NCBI RefSeq assembly: GCF_009914755.1
Contig: NC_060927.1
Length of the DNA stretch: 64,000 bases
From: the human T2T-CHM13v2.0 reference genome, Homo sapiens
Strand: one strand, 5' to 3'
The notes beneath the pieces were generated by a model. That model did no database searches. It was not told the DNA's origin and saw only the letters and a list, made by a program, of their open reading frames with translations. Position numbers and translations under genes: made by a program. The first letter of the stretch is position 1, and each line of letters begins with the position of its first letter. This document shows, one piece after another, positions 13,908-31,392 of the stretch.

Positions 13908-14543
13908 GAAATGAAGCCAGTTAACAACCCTACAATGGCCTCTCAGTGTTCAAATGAGAGTCACGTGTCTCCCACTTTAAATCAAAAGCTGGAAATAATT
14001 AAGTTTAGTGTGAGGAAGGCATGTCAAAAGCCAAGATAGGCTGAAAGCTAGGCCTCTTGTGAAGAACAGTTAGTCAAGTTCTGAATGCAAAGGAAAAGTT
14101 CTTGAAGGGAGTTAAAAATGCTGCTCCAGTGAACACAAGAGTAACAAGAAAGCAAAAGAGACATTGCTGATACGGAGAAAGGTAGAGTGGTCTAGATAGA
14201 AGATAAAACCAGCCACAACCCTCCCTTCAGCTAAAGCCTAATCCAGAGCAAGGCTCTAACTCTTTTTTTTTTTTTTTTTTTTTTGCCATACCTATACCAA
14301 TTTATTTGGAATTCTATCTTGTCTTTTTTTTTTTTTTCTTTATACTTTAAGTTTTAGGGTACATGTGCACATTGTGCGGGTTAGTTACATATGTATACAT
14401 GTGCCATGCTGGTGCGCTGCACCCACTAACTCGTCATCTAGCATCAAGTATATCTCCCAGTGCTATCCCTCCTGCCTCCCCCCACCCCACAACAGTCCCC
14501 AGAATGTGATATTCCCCTTCCTGTGTACATGTGATCTCATTGT

Positions 14544-18397
<3,854 letters not shown>

Positions 18398-18433
18398 TTA
18401 GTTGATGCAGTTGCTTCCTGGTCTCGATGGTCT

Positions 18434-19450
18434 TTACATTTTGGCATGATTTTGCAGTGGCTGGTACTGGTTGTTCCTTTCCATGTTTAGCGCTTCCTTC
18501 AGGAGCTCTTTTAGGGCAGGCCTGGTGGTGACAAAATCTCTCAGCATTTGCTTGTCTGTAAAGTATTTTATTTCTCCTTCACTTATGAAGCTTAGTTTGG
18601 CTGGATATGAAATTCTGGGTTGAAAATTCTTTTCTTTAACAATGTTGAATATTGGCCCACACTCTCTTCTGGCTTGTAGAGTTTCTGCCGAGAGATCCGC
18701 TGTTAGTCTGATGGGCTTTCCTTTGAGGGTAACCCGACCTTTCTCTCTGGCTGCCCTTAACATTTTTTCCTTCATTTCAACTTTGGTGAATCTGATAATT
18801 ATGTGTCTTGGAGTTGCTCTTCTCGAGGAGTATCTTTGTGGCGTTCTCTGTATTTCCTGATTCTGAACGTTGGCCTGCCTTGCTAGATTGGGGAAGTTCT
18901 CCTGGATAATATCCTGCAGAGTGTTTTCCAACTTGGTTCCATTCTCCCCGTCACTTTCAGGTACACCAATCAGACGTAGATTTGGTCTTTTCACATAGTC
19001 CCATATTTCTTGGAGGCTTTGCTCATTTCTTTTTATTCTTTTTTCTCTAAACTTCCCTTCTCGCTTCATTTCATTCATTTCATCTTCCATTGCTGATACC
19101 CTTTCTTCCAGTTGATCGCATCAGCTCCTGAGGCTTCTGCATTCTTCACGTAGTTCTCGAGCCTTGGTTTTCAGCTCCATCAGCTCCTTTAAGCACTTCT
19201 CTGTATTGGTTATTCTAGTTATACATTCTTCTAAATTTTTTTGAAAGTTTTCAACTTCTTTGCCTTTGGTTTGAATGTCCTCCTGTAGCTCAGAGTAGTT
19301 TGATCATCTGAAGCCTTCTTCTCTCAGCTTGTCAAAGTCATTCTCCATCCAGCTTTGTTCCATTGCTGGTGAGGAACTGCGTTCCTTTGGAGGAGGAGAG
19401 GCGCGCTGCGTTTTAGAGTTTCCAGTTTTTCTGTTCTGTTTTTTCCCCAT
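18434..19450 (-). pseudogene. L1 ORF1, disrupted
   Basis: ATG at 19450, 339 codons in frame; CGA>TGA stops at codon 49 (19304-19306) and codon 110 (19121-19123). Confidence 0.95.
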
Positions 19451-20352
19451 CTTTGTGGTTTTATCTACTTTTGGTCTTTGATGATGGTGATGTACAGATG
19501 GGTTTTTGGTGTGGATGTCCTTTCTGTTTGTTAGTTTTCCTTCTAACAGACAGGACCCTCAGCTGCAGGTCTGTTGGAATACCCTGTTATGTGAGGTGTC
19601 AGTGTGCCCCTGCTGGGGGGTGCCTCCCAGTTAGGCTGCTCAGGGGTCAGGGGTCAGGGACCCACTTGAGGAGGCAGTCTGCTGGTTCTCAGATCTCCAG
19701 CTGCATGCTAGGAGAACCACTGCTCTCTTCAAAGCTGTCAGACAGGGACATTTAAGTCTGCAGAGGTTACTGCTGTCTTTTTGTTTGTCTGTGCCCTGCC
19801 CCCAGAGGTGGAGCCTACAGAGGCAGGCAGGCCTCCTTGAGCTGTGGTGGGCTCCACCCAGTTCGAGCTTCCCGTCTGCTTTGTTTACCTAAGCAAGCCT
19901 GGGCAATGGCGGGCGCCCCTCCACCAGCCTCGCTGCCGCCTTGCAGTTTGATTTCAGACTGCTGTGCTAGCAATCAGCGAGACTCCGTGGGCGTAGGACC
20001 CTCTGAGCCACGTGCGGGATATAATCTCGTGGTGCGCCGTTTTTTAAGCCGGTCCAAAAAGCGCAATATTCGGGGGGGAGTGAGCTGATTTTCCAGGTGC
20101 GTCCGTCACCCCTTTCTTTGACTTGGAAAGGGAACTCCCTGACCCCTTGTGCTTCCCGAGTGAGGCAATGCCTCGCCCTGCTTCGGCTCGCGCGCGGTGC
20201 ATGCACCCACTGACCTGCGCCCACTGTCTGGCACTCCCTAGTGAGATGAACCCGGTACCTCAGATGGAAATGCAGAAATCACCCGTCTTCTGCGTCGCTC
20301 ACGCTGGGAGCTGTAGACCGGAGCTGTTCCTATTTGGCCATCTTGGCTCCTC
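19451..20352 (-). promoter_or_regulatory. L1 5'UTR: internal sense promoter plus antisense promoter, CpG-rich
   Basis: YY1 motif CAAGATGGCC at the 5' end; about 900 bp; many CpGs retained. Confidence 0.85.
19906..20088 (+). pseudogene. L1 antisense ORF0, truncated to 60 aa
   Basis: MAGAPPPASLPPCSLISDCCASNQRDSVGVGPSEP..., premature TGA. Confidence 0.8.
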
Positions 20353-22023
20353 TCTAACTCTTTTTAATTCTGTGAAGTGTGAGAGAGGTGGAGAAGCTGC
20401 AGAAAAAAGGTTTGAAGCTAGTAGAGATTGGTTCTTGAAGCTTGCGGAAAGAAGCCATCTCCATAACGTAAAAGTTCAAGATGATGCAGCAAGTACAATG
20501 TAAAAGCTACAGCATTCTCCAAAAGATCTAGCTGAGGTCATTAGTGAAGGTGGCTACACTGAATGACAGATTTTCAATGTAGATGAAACAGCCTTCTATT
20601 GGAAGAAGATGCCGTCTAGGACTTTCATAGCTAGAAAGGAGAAGTCAATGCCTGGCTTCAAAGAACAGGCTGACTCTTGTTAGTGGCTAATGTAGCTGGT
20701 AACTTTAAGTTGAAGCCAATGCTCATTTACTATTCTGAAAATCCTAGGATCCTTAAGAATTATGCAATATTTACTCTGCTCATGCTCTGTAAATGGAAGA
20801 ACGAAGCCCAGATGACCACACATTTGTTTACAGCATGATTTACTGAATATTTTAAGCTTGTTGTTGAGACCTACTCTCAGAAAAAAGATTTTTTGTTTTC
20901 AAAAGATTACTGCTCATTGACAAATTCACCTGGTCACTCAAGAACTCTGATGGAGATGTACAGGTATGTGAATGTTGTTTTTATGCCTGCAGACACTACA
21001 TGCATTCTGCAACCCATGAATCAAGGAATAATTTTAACTTTCAAGTCTTATTATTTAAGAATTAAATTTTGTAAGGCTGTGGGTGCCATAGATATTGTTT
21101 CCTCTGATAGTTCTGGGCAAAGTAAATTGAAAACTTCTAGAAAGGATTCAGCATTCTAGATTTGTGATTTATGGGAGAAGGTCCAAATATTGACCTTAAC
21201 AGGAGTTTGGAAGAAGTTGGTTTTAACATTTATGGTTGACTTTGAGGAGTTTAAAACTTCAGTGGAGAAAGTCCCTGCAGATGTGGTGAAAATAGCAGAA
21301 CAAGAATTAAAACTGGAGCCTGAAAATGTGACTGAATTGCTACAATCTCATAATAAAATCTGAATGGACAAAGAATTTCTTCTAGTGGATGAGCAAAGAA
21401 ACTAATTGCCTGAGATGGAAAGTACTCCTGGCGAGGATGCTGTGAACATTGTTGGAAAGACAACTAAGGATTGAGAGAATTACATGAACTTAGTTGATGA
21501 AGTAGCAGCAGGGTTTGAGACGACTGACTCCAATTTTGAAAGAAATGCTACTGTGGGTAAAATGCTATCAAACAGCATCTCATGCTACAGAGAAAGCTTT
21601 CATGAAAGAGAGTCAATCAAGTTGGCAAATTTCCTTGCTGTCTTAAGAAATTGCCACAGCCTTTAGCACCTACCACCCTGATTAGTCAGCAGCCAACCAC
21701 ATTGAGGCAAGACCCTTCAACCAGCAAAAAGATTGCGACTCACTGAAGGCTCAGGTGATTGTTAGCATTTTATAGCAATAAAGTATTTTAAAATTAAGAT
21801 ATATACATTATTTTTTAGATACAATGCTATTGTACATTTAACTGACTACAGTATAGTGTAAATATACTTTTATATATGCTGGGAAACCATAACATTTGTG
21901 TGACTTGCTTTATTGCAATATTTGCTTTATTGTGATGGTCTGGAACTGAACCTGCAATACCTCTGAGGTATGCTTGTGTTTATCGATGATTTTTCTTTCT
22001 ATGTAATCTATGCCATCGATTCA

Positions 22024-22301
<278 letters not shown>

Positions 22302-22462
22302 TCACTTATTTCATGAAATAAAATACTTTACAATCAAAGTTTTAGATCAGAGCTTCCCACAAAAATCCCACGAAAAGTAAGTATGCCGAGATATGGGTCT
22401 TTTCTAGGTAGTCCATCTTTAGAAAAGTCTTTTCACCCTAATATGCCATAAATACATTGTGA

Positions 22463-22783
22463 TTTTCTTTCTTTCTTTCTTTCTTTTCTTTTTTTTTTTT
22501 TTTGAGTTGGAGTTTCCCTCTATTGCCCAGACAGGAGTCCAGTGGCATGATCTTGGCTCACTGCAGCCTCTGCCTCCCAGGTTCAAGCAGTTCTCTCCCT
22601 CAGCCTCCCAAGTAGCTGGGATTACAGGTGCATGCCACCATACCCAGCTAATTTTTGTATTTTTATAGAGACGAGGTTTCGTTATGTTGGCCAGACTGGT
22701 CTTGAACTCCTTGCTTCAAGCGATCCTCCTGCCTTGGACTGCCAAAGTGCTGGGGTTACGGTCATGAGCCACTGCGCCTGGCC
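22463..22783 (-). mobile_element. Alu with (TTTC)n tail
   Basis: Reverse dimeric Alu. Confidence 0.92.
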
Positions 22784-23849
22784 GTATTTTCTTTTTACCA
22801 TGCTGTAACAAGAGTTTGGGAAGCACCATTAGGTTAAGTAAAACAACTTTGTTTTTTCATCTGTTCTGTAGTTCTGATATCTTTTATATATAATTTATTT
22901 AAGAAAGAGGTCCGCTATATTAAAAAGACTGACTGTGGTACGTTAACTTAGTTTTTCAAATGTTAGTTGGCATCATTCTTGATTCATTTTACTTTGAAGC
23001 AGTTTAGTAGAGTATGGAAGAGATGATTTCATTTCTCTGAATCTGCCTGAGAGAGAATCTGCCCCTTCTAGCACTGCAATTTTTTTGTGTGTATCCATCA
23101 GCCACACTCTGTGTACAGTACATAATAACAAATGGAAGGCTGGGATTAAAAGGAAGTGGGGCTCCTGTAAGTGTGTGCACATGTACAGTGGCTGGAGTTT
23201 GGGAATGGAGAATAGAGAAGAATGGTGCTGAGGTCCTTGGGTTGGACTTTCAAATTTCCTGAAGGCATGGAAAATGCTACCAGCCGGATCTGTCTCTTCA
23301 CCGGAAATCCCATAGGATTCGGATAGGGGCTGGATATATTGCTCTGTCTCCTCAGGGACTAGAACGGTGCTTGGAACAAGATGGATGCTTAGAAGATGTC
23401 TTCAAATATCTTCATAAAGGCTTGGCAAAGATCACTAGGTTCCAACCTATTGTCTGGGAACGTATATTATTTACAGTTCATATAAGAGAAGCCACAACGC
23501 GAGAAATGGTGTGGTACAGAATGGAATATTTTACTGTACAAAATAAGCAGACTTATTCTACCAGTTCTCCTTCCTCTATCAACTCATTTCAACTTATTTT
23601 GTAGATGATCTAATTCCAGTTTGTTTTTAGAAAAACAGTGTTCTGTTATCTTGACATAGAATTAGTCTTCAAATGTATGTCACCCCACCCTTTTGTATAG
23701 TAAATTTAAAGAGGCTTTTTACTTGCTGAAGTGTTGTGTAATGTAATACTTATGAAATAGTTTAAACTGACTCAGTCTTCTCAGAGAGCTGTTCACCACC
23801 ACCAATGACGTTGTCTGCGATGAAAAACTTACATTAAAACTCTGTATCA

Positions 23850-25230
23850 TTTTATAAAACCAAATATCTAACAGCCAACTGATCTTATTGACACGGTTGA
23901 CAAAAATACACACTGGGAAAAAGACACCCTTTTCAATAAATGGTGCTGGGAAAATTGAATCACCATATGCAGAAGAATGAAACTGGACCCCTGTCTCTCA
24001 CTATCTACAAAAATCAACGAAGAGGGATAAAAGACTTAAAAGTAACACCTGAATCTATAAAAATGTTAGGAGAAAATCTAGGGAAAACTATTCTGGACAT
24101 TGGTCTAGGCAAAGAATTCATGACTAAGACCTCAAAAGCGTGGGCAACAAAACCAAAAATAGACAAATGGGACTTAATTAACTGAAAAGCTTCTGCAGAG
24201 CAAAAGAAATAATCAACAGAGTGAACAGACAATCTGCAGAATGGGAGAAAATATTTGCAAACTATTAATATGAAAGGAGACTGATATTTAGAATATACAA
24301 TGAACTCAAACAATGAGAAAAACACATATCATCCCATTACAAAGTGGGCAAAGGACATGAATATAAATTTTGCAAAGAAGACATACAAATGACCAAGAAG
24401 CACATGAAAAATGCTGAACATCGCGAATCATCAGAGAAATGCAAAATAAAACCACAATGAGACACCATCTTACACCAGTCAGAATGGCTATAATAAAAAG
24501 TCAAAAAATAACAGATGTTGTTGAGGATGCAGAGAATAGGGAATGCTTATACACTGTTGGTGGGAGTGCAAATTAGTACAGACCCTGTGGAAAACAGTAT
24601 GGAGATTTCTCAGAAAACTAAAATTAGACCCACCATGAAACCTAGCAATCCCTCTACTGAAATGCCCAGAGGAAAAACAATCATTACATAAAAAGATACC
24701 TATTGTGTAAAAAAAAAGATACCTGCACTTGTATGTTACAGTAGCATTATTCACAATAACAAAGATATGGAATCAGCCTAGGTGTCCATCAATGGTTGGG
24801 TGGTTAAAGCAAATGTGATATATATATATATATATATGTGATATATATATATATATATGTGTGATATATATATATATATATGTGTGATATATATATATAT
24901 ATATATATGCAATGGAATACTATTCAGTCATAAAAAAGAATAAAATCATTTCTTTTGACTGGAGGTGATTATCTTAAGTGGAGCAATTCAGAAACAGAAA
25001 GTCAAATACATGTTCTCACTTATAAGTGGGAGTGAAATAATATATACACATGGACATAGAATGTAGAATAATAGTCATTGGAGAGTTGGAAAAGCGGAAG
25101 GGGATAAGGGAAGAGAAATTACTTAATGGGTACAATGTACAGTATTTGGTTGATGGTTACACTAAAAATCCAGACTTCACCATTATGCAATATATCCATG
25201 TAACAAAACTTCCCTTGTACCATTTAAATT

Positions 25231-25235
<5 letters not shown>
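23850..25235 (+). mobile_element. 5'-truncated old L1 (L1MA-like 3' end)
   Basis: ttcaataaatggtgctggg, KIDKWDLI remnant, L1MA-type 3'UTR ending gtaacaaaacttcccttgtacc. Confidence 0.88.
24815..24909. repeat. Compound microsatellite [GTGA(TA)n] x4
   Basis: Read directly from sequence. Confidence 0.95.

Positions 25236-25266
<31 letters not shown>
25233..25266. repeat. (CA)n microsatellite
   Basis: About 16-17 CA units at the L1 tail. Confidence 0.95.
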
Positions 25267-25270
<4 letters not shown>

Positions 25271-27266
25271 AAGCTTTGTAGCATTTTATATTGGAACAGA
25301 AATGATTTTCACACACTGTGAACAAAATTAATTGATAAAAATCTTCGTATTTGTGGTAGTAACTAAAAAAAAAGCAGTGTAATTCATAGAATACCAAACT
25401 GATGTTTAACTTTAATCATTTTTAGCAGGGGGAAAGCAGGTTACAACATTGTGGTTAGTCCTTTCAAAAGACAGACAAAGTCTAGAGTGGATATGAGGCT
25501 ACCCTAGCTTCCAATTGGAAAAAGAAAAAAATCACTTTCCTGGAACTCAATTCCACTTTTTGCTTCTCCTCCAAACTTCACTTCTCAGTTTATATTACTC
25601 ATTACTGGTAATTCTGTGTTTGACTCTGGTTGGGCATGCTTTTGAAATGGCCAACCATGTATTATTTTTATTTAACATTGCTTCAGGCTTAAAAGAGTCT
25701 GAGGATCACTGTTGGTTGACAGGAGACTCTTCCAGATGTACATTCCAACAGATATGGAATTCGATTTTTTAATAGTCACATCTGCTTAATATGAGCCAGT
25801 CTTCCTATCAAGAGAGAAATATCAATTACTATTTTGTACCTTTCTACACTTTTCTGGTTTTCTTAAGACTATTTCTACTATTATTCTCTTGAATATTAAA
25901 AACAAGTATACTGCTACATAACATCTTACTGAGGCATACCAACACCATCATCCCCAAAAGCTTCACTTGCCATCTTATAGTTCTTCATCTAATTCTTGTC
26001 TATTTTATCTTTCAGTAGGATTTCCAGCTCCTAGAAGACAGAAATCATGTTGTTCATCTTTTGCATCCTTCCCAGAATCTAGTGGAGCACTGAGCATCAT
26101 GTGAGTAGTCAATAAACAATTGTTGAGTCATGTTGCATTGAATTAAAAATCTCCACTTTCCCGGTGTTAATTGAAAAAGTAATGGAAAATACCCCTGCTT
26201 CTGTAGTCTGAGACTATTATCAAAAGTAATTATTATCAGATGAACTAACATTACAGGGAAGGAAAAGCCAAAAACCAAATTAAATAGCACAAAGAAACGT
26301 TAGAAGAAAAACAATGTCCCTTTAACCAGTTCTGTCTGAGCTGCAGAAAGGGGATGTTTGGTGAATGTTTGGTAAATGTTACAACACCCGTGATCTCTTG
26401 TGATTGTCACATGTACCAGCAGCATAGAGCAGACAGATTTTTAAAATATATATAAATATATATATTTATTTAAAGTCTGAAGTTCTAATAAAAAGTTCTG
26501 TGTTTATTTTATACCATTTCTTTGAAGTTTTAGTAAGCTGGTGTGTGAAAGTAATTTTCCACATCTATGACTAATTTCTAAATACTAATTCAGTGCTTTA
26601 GACATTGGATTTTACTACGTATTCTCCTCCCTATTGTAAACCTTGTGAGTGTCATGTGCAGGAAGAAAGACAGGGAGAACAGTGTCTTCTGTGCACTTTA
26701 GCAGTATCACATGGGCTTCCTTGATCCAGCAGGCTTGGGCTTCCTATTCGAAAACTGCGCCCTCATATTTTTCTAGACGATGCATTTACTAGCTTCTGGT
26801 TTTTAAAATCAACTTGTTAATTTTTTTGTCTTTATAGTTAAATTATTAAATCTTTCACTTTGTACATTTTCTTGTGTCTTTCCCAGTATCTAGTGGAGTC
26901 ATAAGCATCCTGTTTATATTCAGTACACAATTGTTAAATCATGTTGACTTGAATTTAAAATTGAAAAGGAATTTTAAAATACTATTTTTTGTTTCCAGGG
27001 TGAAAGTTTTGCACAGGATCTATTAAATAATATTATAAAATGGTTAAGCAAAATAGCAGTTTTACTAAAACTGGGCATTGCATATATATACAGTCAGGCC
27101 TTGCTATTTCCTGTAACATTTGTCTTATATCTTTTACATAAAGATGTCTCTGGAAATACACCAAGCACATTTAAAACAGTGTTTGGAATTTTTTGTTGGG
27201 TAAGAATGTTTAGGTAATACTATCTGGACTCTTTTTTCTTCTGTTACCTTAGCTTTTTAAAAAACA

Positions 27267-28026
<760 letters not shown>

Positions 28027-28639
28027 ACCTTACCTTTTAAAAAAGTAAACTCAATTTTTCAAATGTTTGTGAACATTACATGATATGTCATATATATCTG
28101 TCCTAGAGATAATCTTACCTGCAGAATTGGTCTAGTAACATAATATCTCGACAACACCCCACTTTCATTTTAAGGGATAATCTATAATCATGAATTCTCA
28201 GTCCTTATGAGAGCGATCTCATGCAGATGATGGTATTCTGAATGAGCACAAGTGTATACAAAAGACCAACAGGGAATAAAATTATACTCATATGAAAACG
28301 GCTTTTATCTAAATTACAAAAATTGGATTATAAAATAAAGATGGTGGTCTTAGTTTTCTAACACTAAATATTCCCTTTTGTAATCTCATTGGCTCTTGCG
28401 CAGTGAAATAAAAATTTGAAACTAGTCTCTGTTTTTTCTTTATATGTAAATATCTCTTATGATTCACTTAATAGGTCACCGTTGTCATTGGCAAAGCTAG
28501 AACATTTTATAAAACAGTTATTGTACTAGAACTTTGGCACTATTTAGCAAAATAGCAGGGAGAAGGCAGATTTTGCTGTGCTCATAGATCTTATTAGTTG
28601 CCGTTTTGTTGTTGTTGTTGTACATAGCAGGACTGAAAG

Positions 28640-28830
28640 CAGTGTTTCCCAAAGCATGGTCTGAGGATAATATGGGAAGTTTATAAATTATGCAGATTCC
28701 CAGGCATACACAGCCCTATCTAATCAGAACCTCTGGGAGCAGGGCATGGAAATCTACATTAAACCTGTTTCCTCCTCTTGAATTTAAATAAGCATCCTAA
28801 CTGATTATTATACTCACTAAATAAGAAATC
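28640..28830. mobile_element. MER5-like fragment
   Basis: cagtgtttcccaaag...atgcagattcccaggc...aatcagaacctctggg. Confidence 0.55.
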
Positions 28831-30352
28831 CCTGCCCATAGACTCACATTTAATTTAAGAATATACAATTCATCTTTGGGTAAAGCGTTTTTCATTTTAA
28901 TATTCCTCTCCACTCAGCATACTTCTGTGTTATTTGTTACTTTCTCTTCCTCTTCTTGCTCCTCTTGCTAAGTTTCATAAAATCTTAGAACTATGTATCA
29001 CTAGAATTCTTTGGTTATAAGCAATAGAACCTAATTCTGGATAAGCTAAAGCAAAAAATATTACAATTTATGGGATACATTATAGATTTTAAAAAACCCC
29101 GAAGAACCAGTGTTAGGAAAAGACAAAAACTAGAGTCATTTCAGATATGTTAAAAGTAGGAAGTACTAACCATACTCAGTGCCTGTGTCACTTTATTCAG
29201 ATTTCAAGTTGCATTTAAAAAGCACTAGCTTTGCCTAGTTGGTCATGTGTCAATATTCTGACCAGGAAGCAAAACTAAAGGAAACTCTAGAACTATATCC
29301 ATGCAGTTTTCCAAAGCAAAATAGCAGTACGGTTTTAAGAAGAATGGAGGATTTCTGTGCAGTCAAAAGCAAGTTCACCTCCAAGCAGAAAACTTTAGAG
29401 CCATTGGGGGAAAAAGTACTCATTTTATTCAGAAGTCAACTAATTCCTGAGAGTTAGTCAACAAGTATTTATTACACACTTAGTATTCTGAGGCAGGTGC
29501 TATATTAGGTGTAAGGACTAAGTAGGAAGAGCTTGTTAAAATAAATAGAAACACTGAATAAGGATACTTTTTTATTTACTTGGACTATTGTTTTCATTAA
29601 CTAAGGACAATGTGGTAAACATTGCTTTTGCCTGCTGTGTGTTTTTATGGTTCCTGCCTTAAATAGATATGAGGGCTTACAATTTGGTAGTAGTTGAATT
29701 AAATAATCATTGAGTGAATAAACTTATGTGATTACAAGTTTTTCTCTAAAGTAGTTGAATATTCTCTCTGAAATTATATTATGTCATATTATATTATATT
29801 AGTTTACATTATTTACTTAAACAGACCTTATTACTTCAACCAACTTTTTGAACACCTAATATGTGCTAGCTACTGGGGATAAAGATGTTTCCAGCAATCA
29901 GGGAGCTCACATTTATTCTCAGGGAATGCCTTTCTTCAGAGATAATGAAAAGGCAACCTTTAGCCTGGTTTTATATTAATTTAGCCCGTTTCATATTTTG
30001 CCCCTTTATATGTCTTTGTCTTCACACAGATTATCCTTTTGCCAAGAATGCTCTATCCCTTCATTTATCCACCTAATGGGTACCAACTTATTCTTCTTAT
30101 TTAACATCAAAAGACTCTCTGGTGATAGTTTTCTCTAGCTTCTCCTGGTAACTTCTCCCTGTGGCATTTCTTGCCAATATTTCCATTGTGTCATTGCTTA
30201 CCTGCCTTCTTCCTCATTAGACTCTTAACAGCTTTTCTTCTTCATCTTCTAGAAGCCCAGACCCTCTTTAGCACATGGCTCCAGCCACCATTTCTATACT
30301 GAGAATACTCAGAGATATGTCTCCAGATCAGAGACGTTTGGCAAGTTCTGGA

Positions 30353-30773
30353 TGGGTGAGTCTGTTCTTGCGTTGCTATAAAGAACTACCTGAGACTGGG
30401 TAATTTATAAAGAAAAGAGGTTTAATTGGTTCACTGTTCTGCAGGGGGTACAGGTATGGCACCAGCATCTGCTCAGCTATTGGTGAGGCCTCAGGAAGCT
30501 TACAATCATGACACAAGGTCAAGGGGAGCCAGCGTGTCACATAGCAAGAGAGGGAGCAAGAGAGAGAAGGCAAAGTTGTCAGCCTCTTTTCAATGACCAG
30601 ATCTCATGTGAACTAACAGAGCGAGAACTCACTGATCACCAAGGGGATGGTACTAAGCCATTCATGAGGAATCCACCCCCATGATTCAACCCCTGCCACT
30701 AGACTCTACCTCCAACACTGGGGATCACATTTCAACATAAGATTTGGTGGGAGCACATATCTAAACCATATCA
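30353..30773 (-). mobile_element. MSTA/MSTB solo LTR
   Basis: MST consensus motifs; perfect 5-bp TSD CTGGA. Confidence 0.9.
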
Positions 30774-31392
30774 CTGGACTTATACAGCAGGCTGCACAAT
30801 CAGAATTTCCAGTCTTATCTCATGGATCTTTCCCTTGAAACCTGTTTCCTCCTCTTGAACTCTCAATCTGGCTGAACAGTTCTGCCTTATTCCTAGTTTC
30901 CCAAGGCAGAAATATGAAATATCCTGTGACTTCTCTCTTTCTCCTTCCACACAGAATGCAAAGCTGTATTTCAGACCCACATGATTTTTTGTCAGGAGAA
31001 CTTCAACAGCTTCTAAATTAGAGCTGCCTACCCTAGTCTAGCCCCTTCTAATCCATCTTCCAAAGAGATAGCAGGAGTAGACCTTACAAAACCAAACCTG
31101 TTTTTCTTATCCCTTTGAAAAACATTTCAAAAGCTCCCTGTAATACCTAAGATAAAATTCAAGTTTCTTTACTTAACAGAAAAACCTCTTCATTATCTAC
31201 TCCTTCCCATCAGAGTCTAGCTTCTAGGTGTGCCCAATGTGGCAAGTACTGTTGATGCTCTCAAAGTCTCCCCCAGCCATCCTCATTCTAGGATCTTACC
31301 TTTGTAGTGAAACTGACTTTCAACTGCCTGAAGTCTTTCTCCCCCAGCAATCCTTAACCAATGAATGAAAAAAGTTGGTGCATAAATAAGTA

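Noticed and set aside
20893-21666. Domesticated Tigger-derived (TIGD-like) gene
   Set aside because: Transposase frame is broken by many stops and frameshifts and by the L1 insertion
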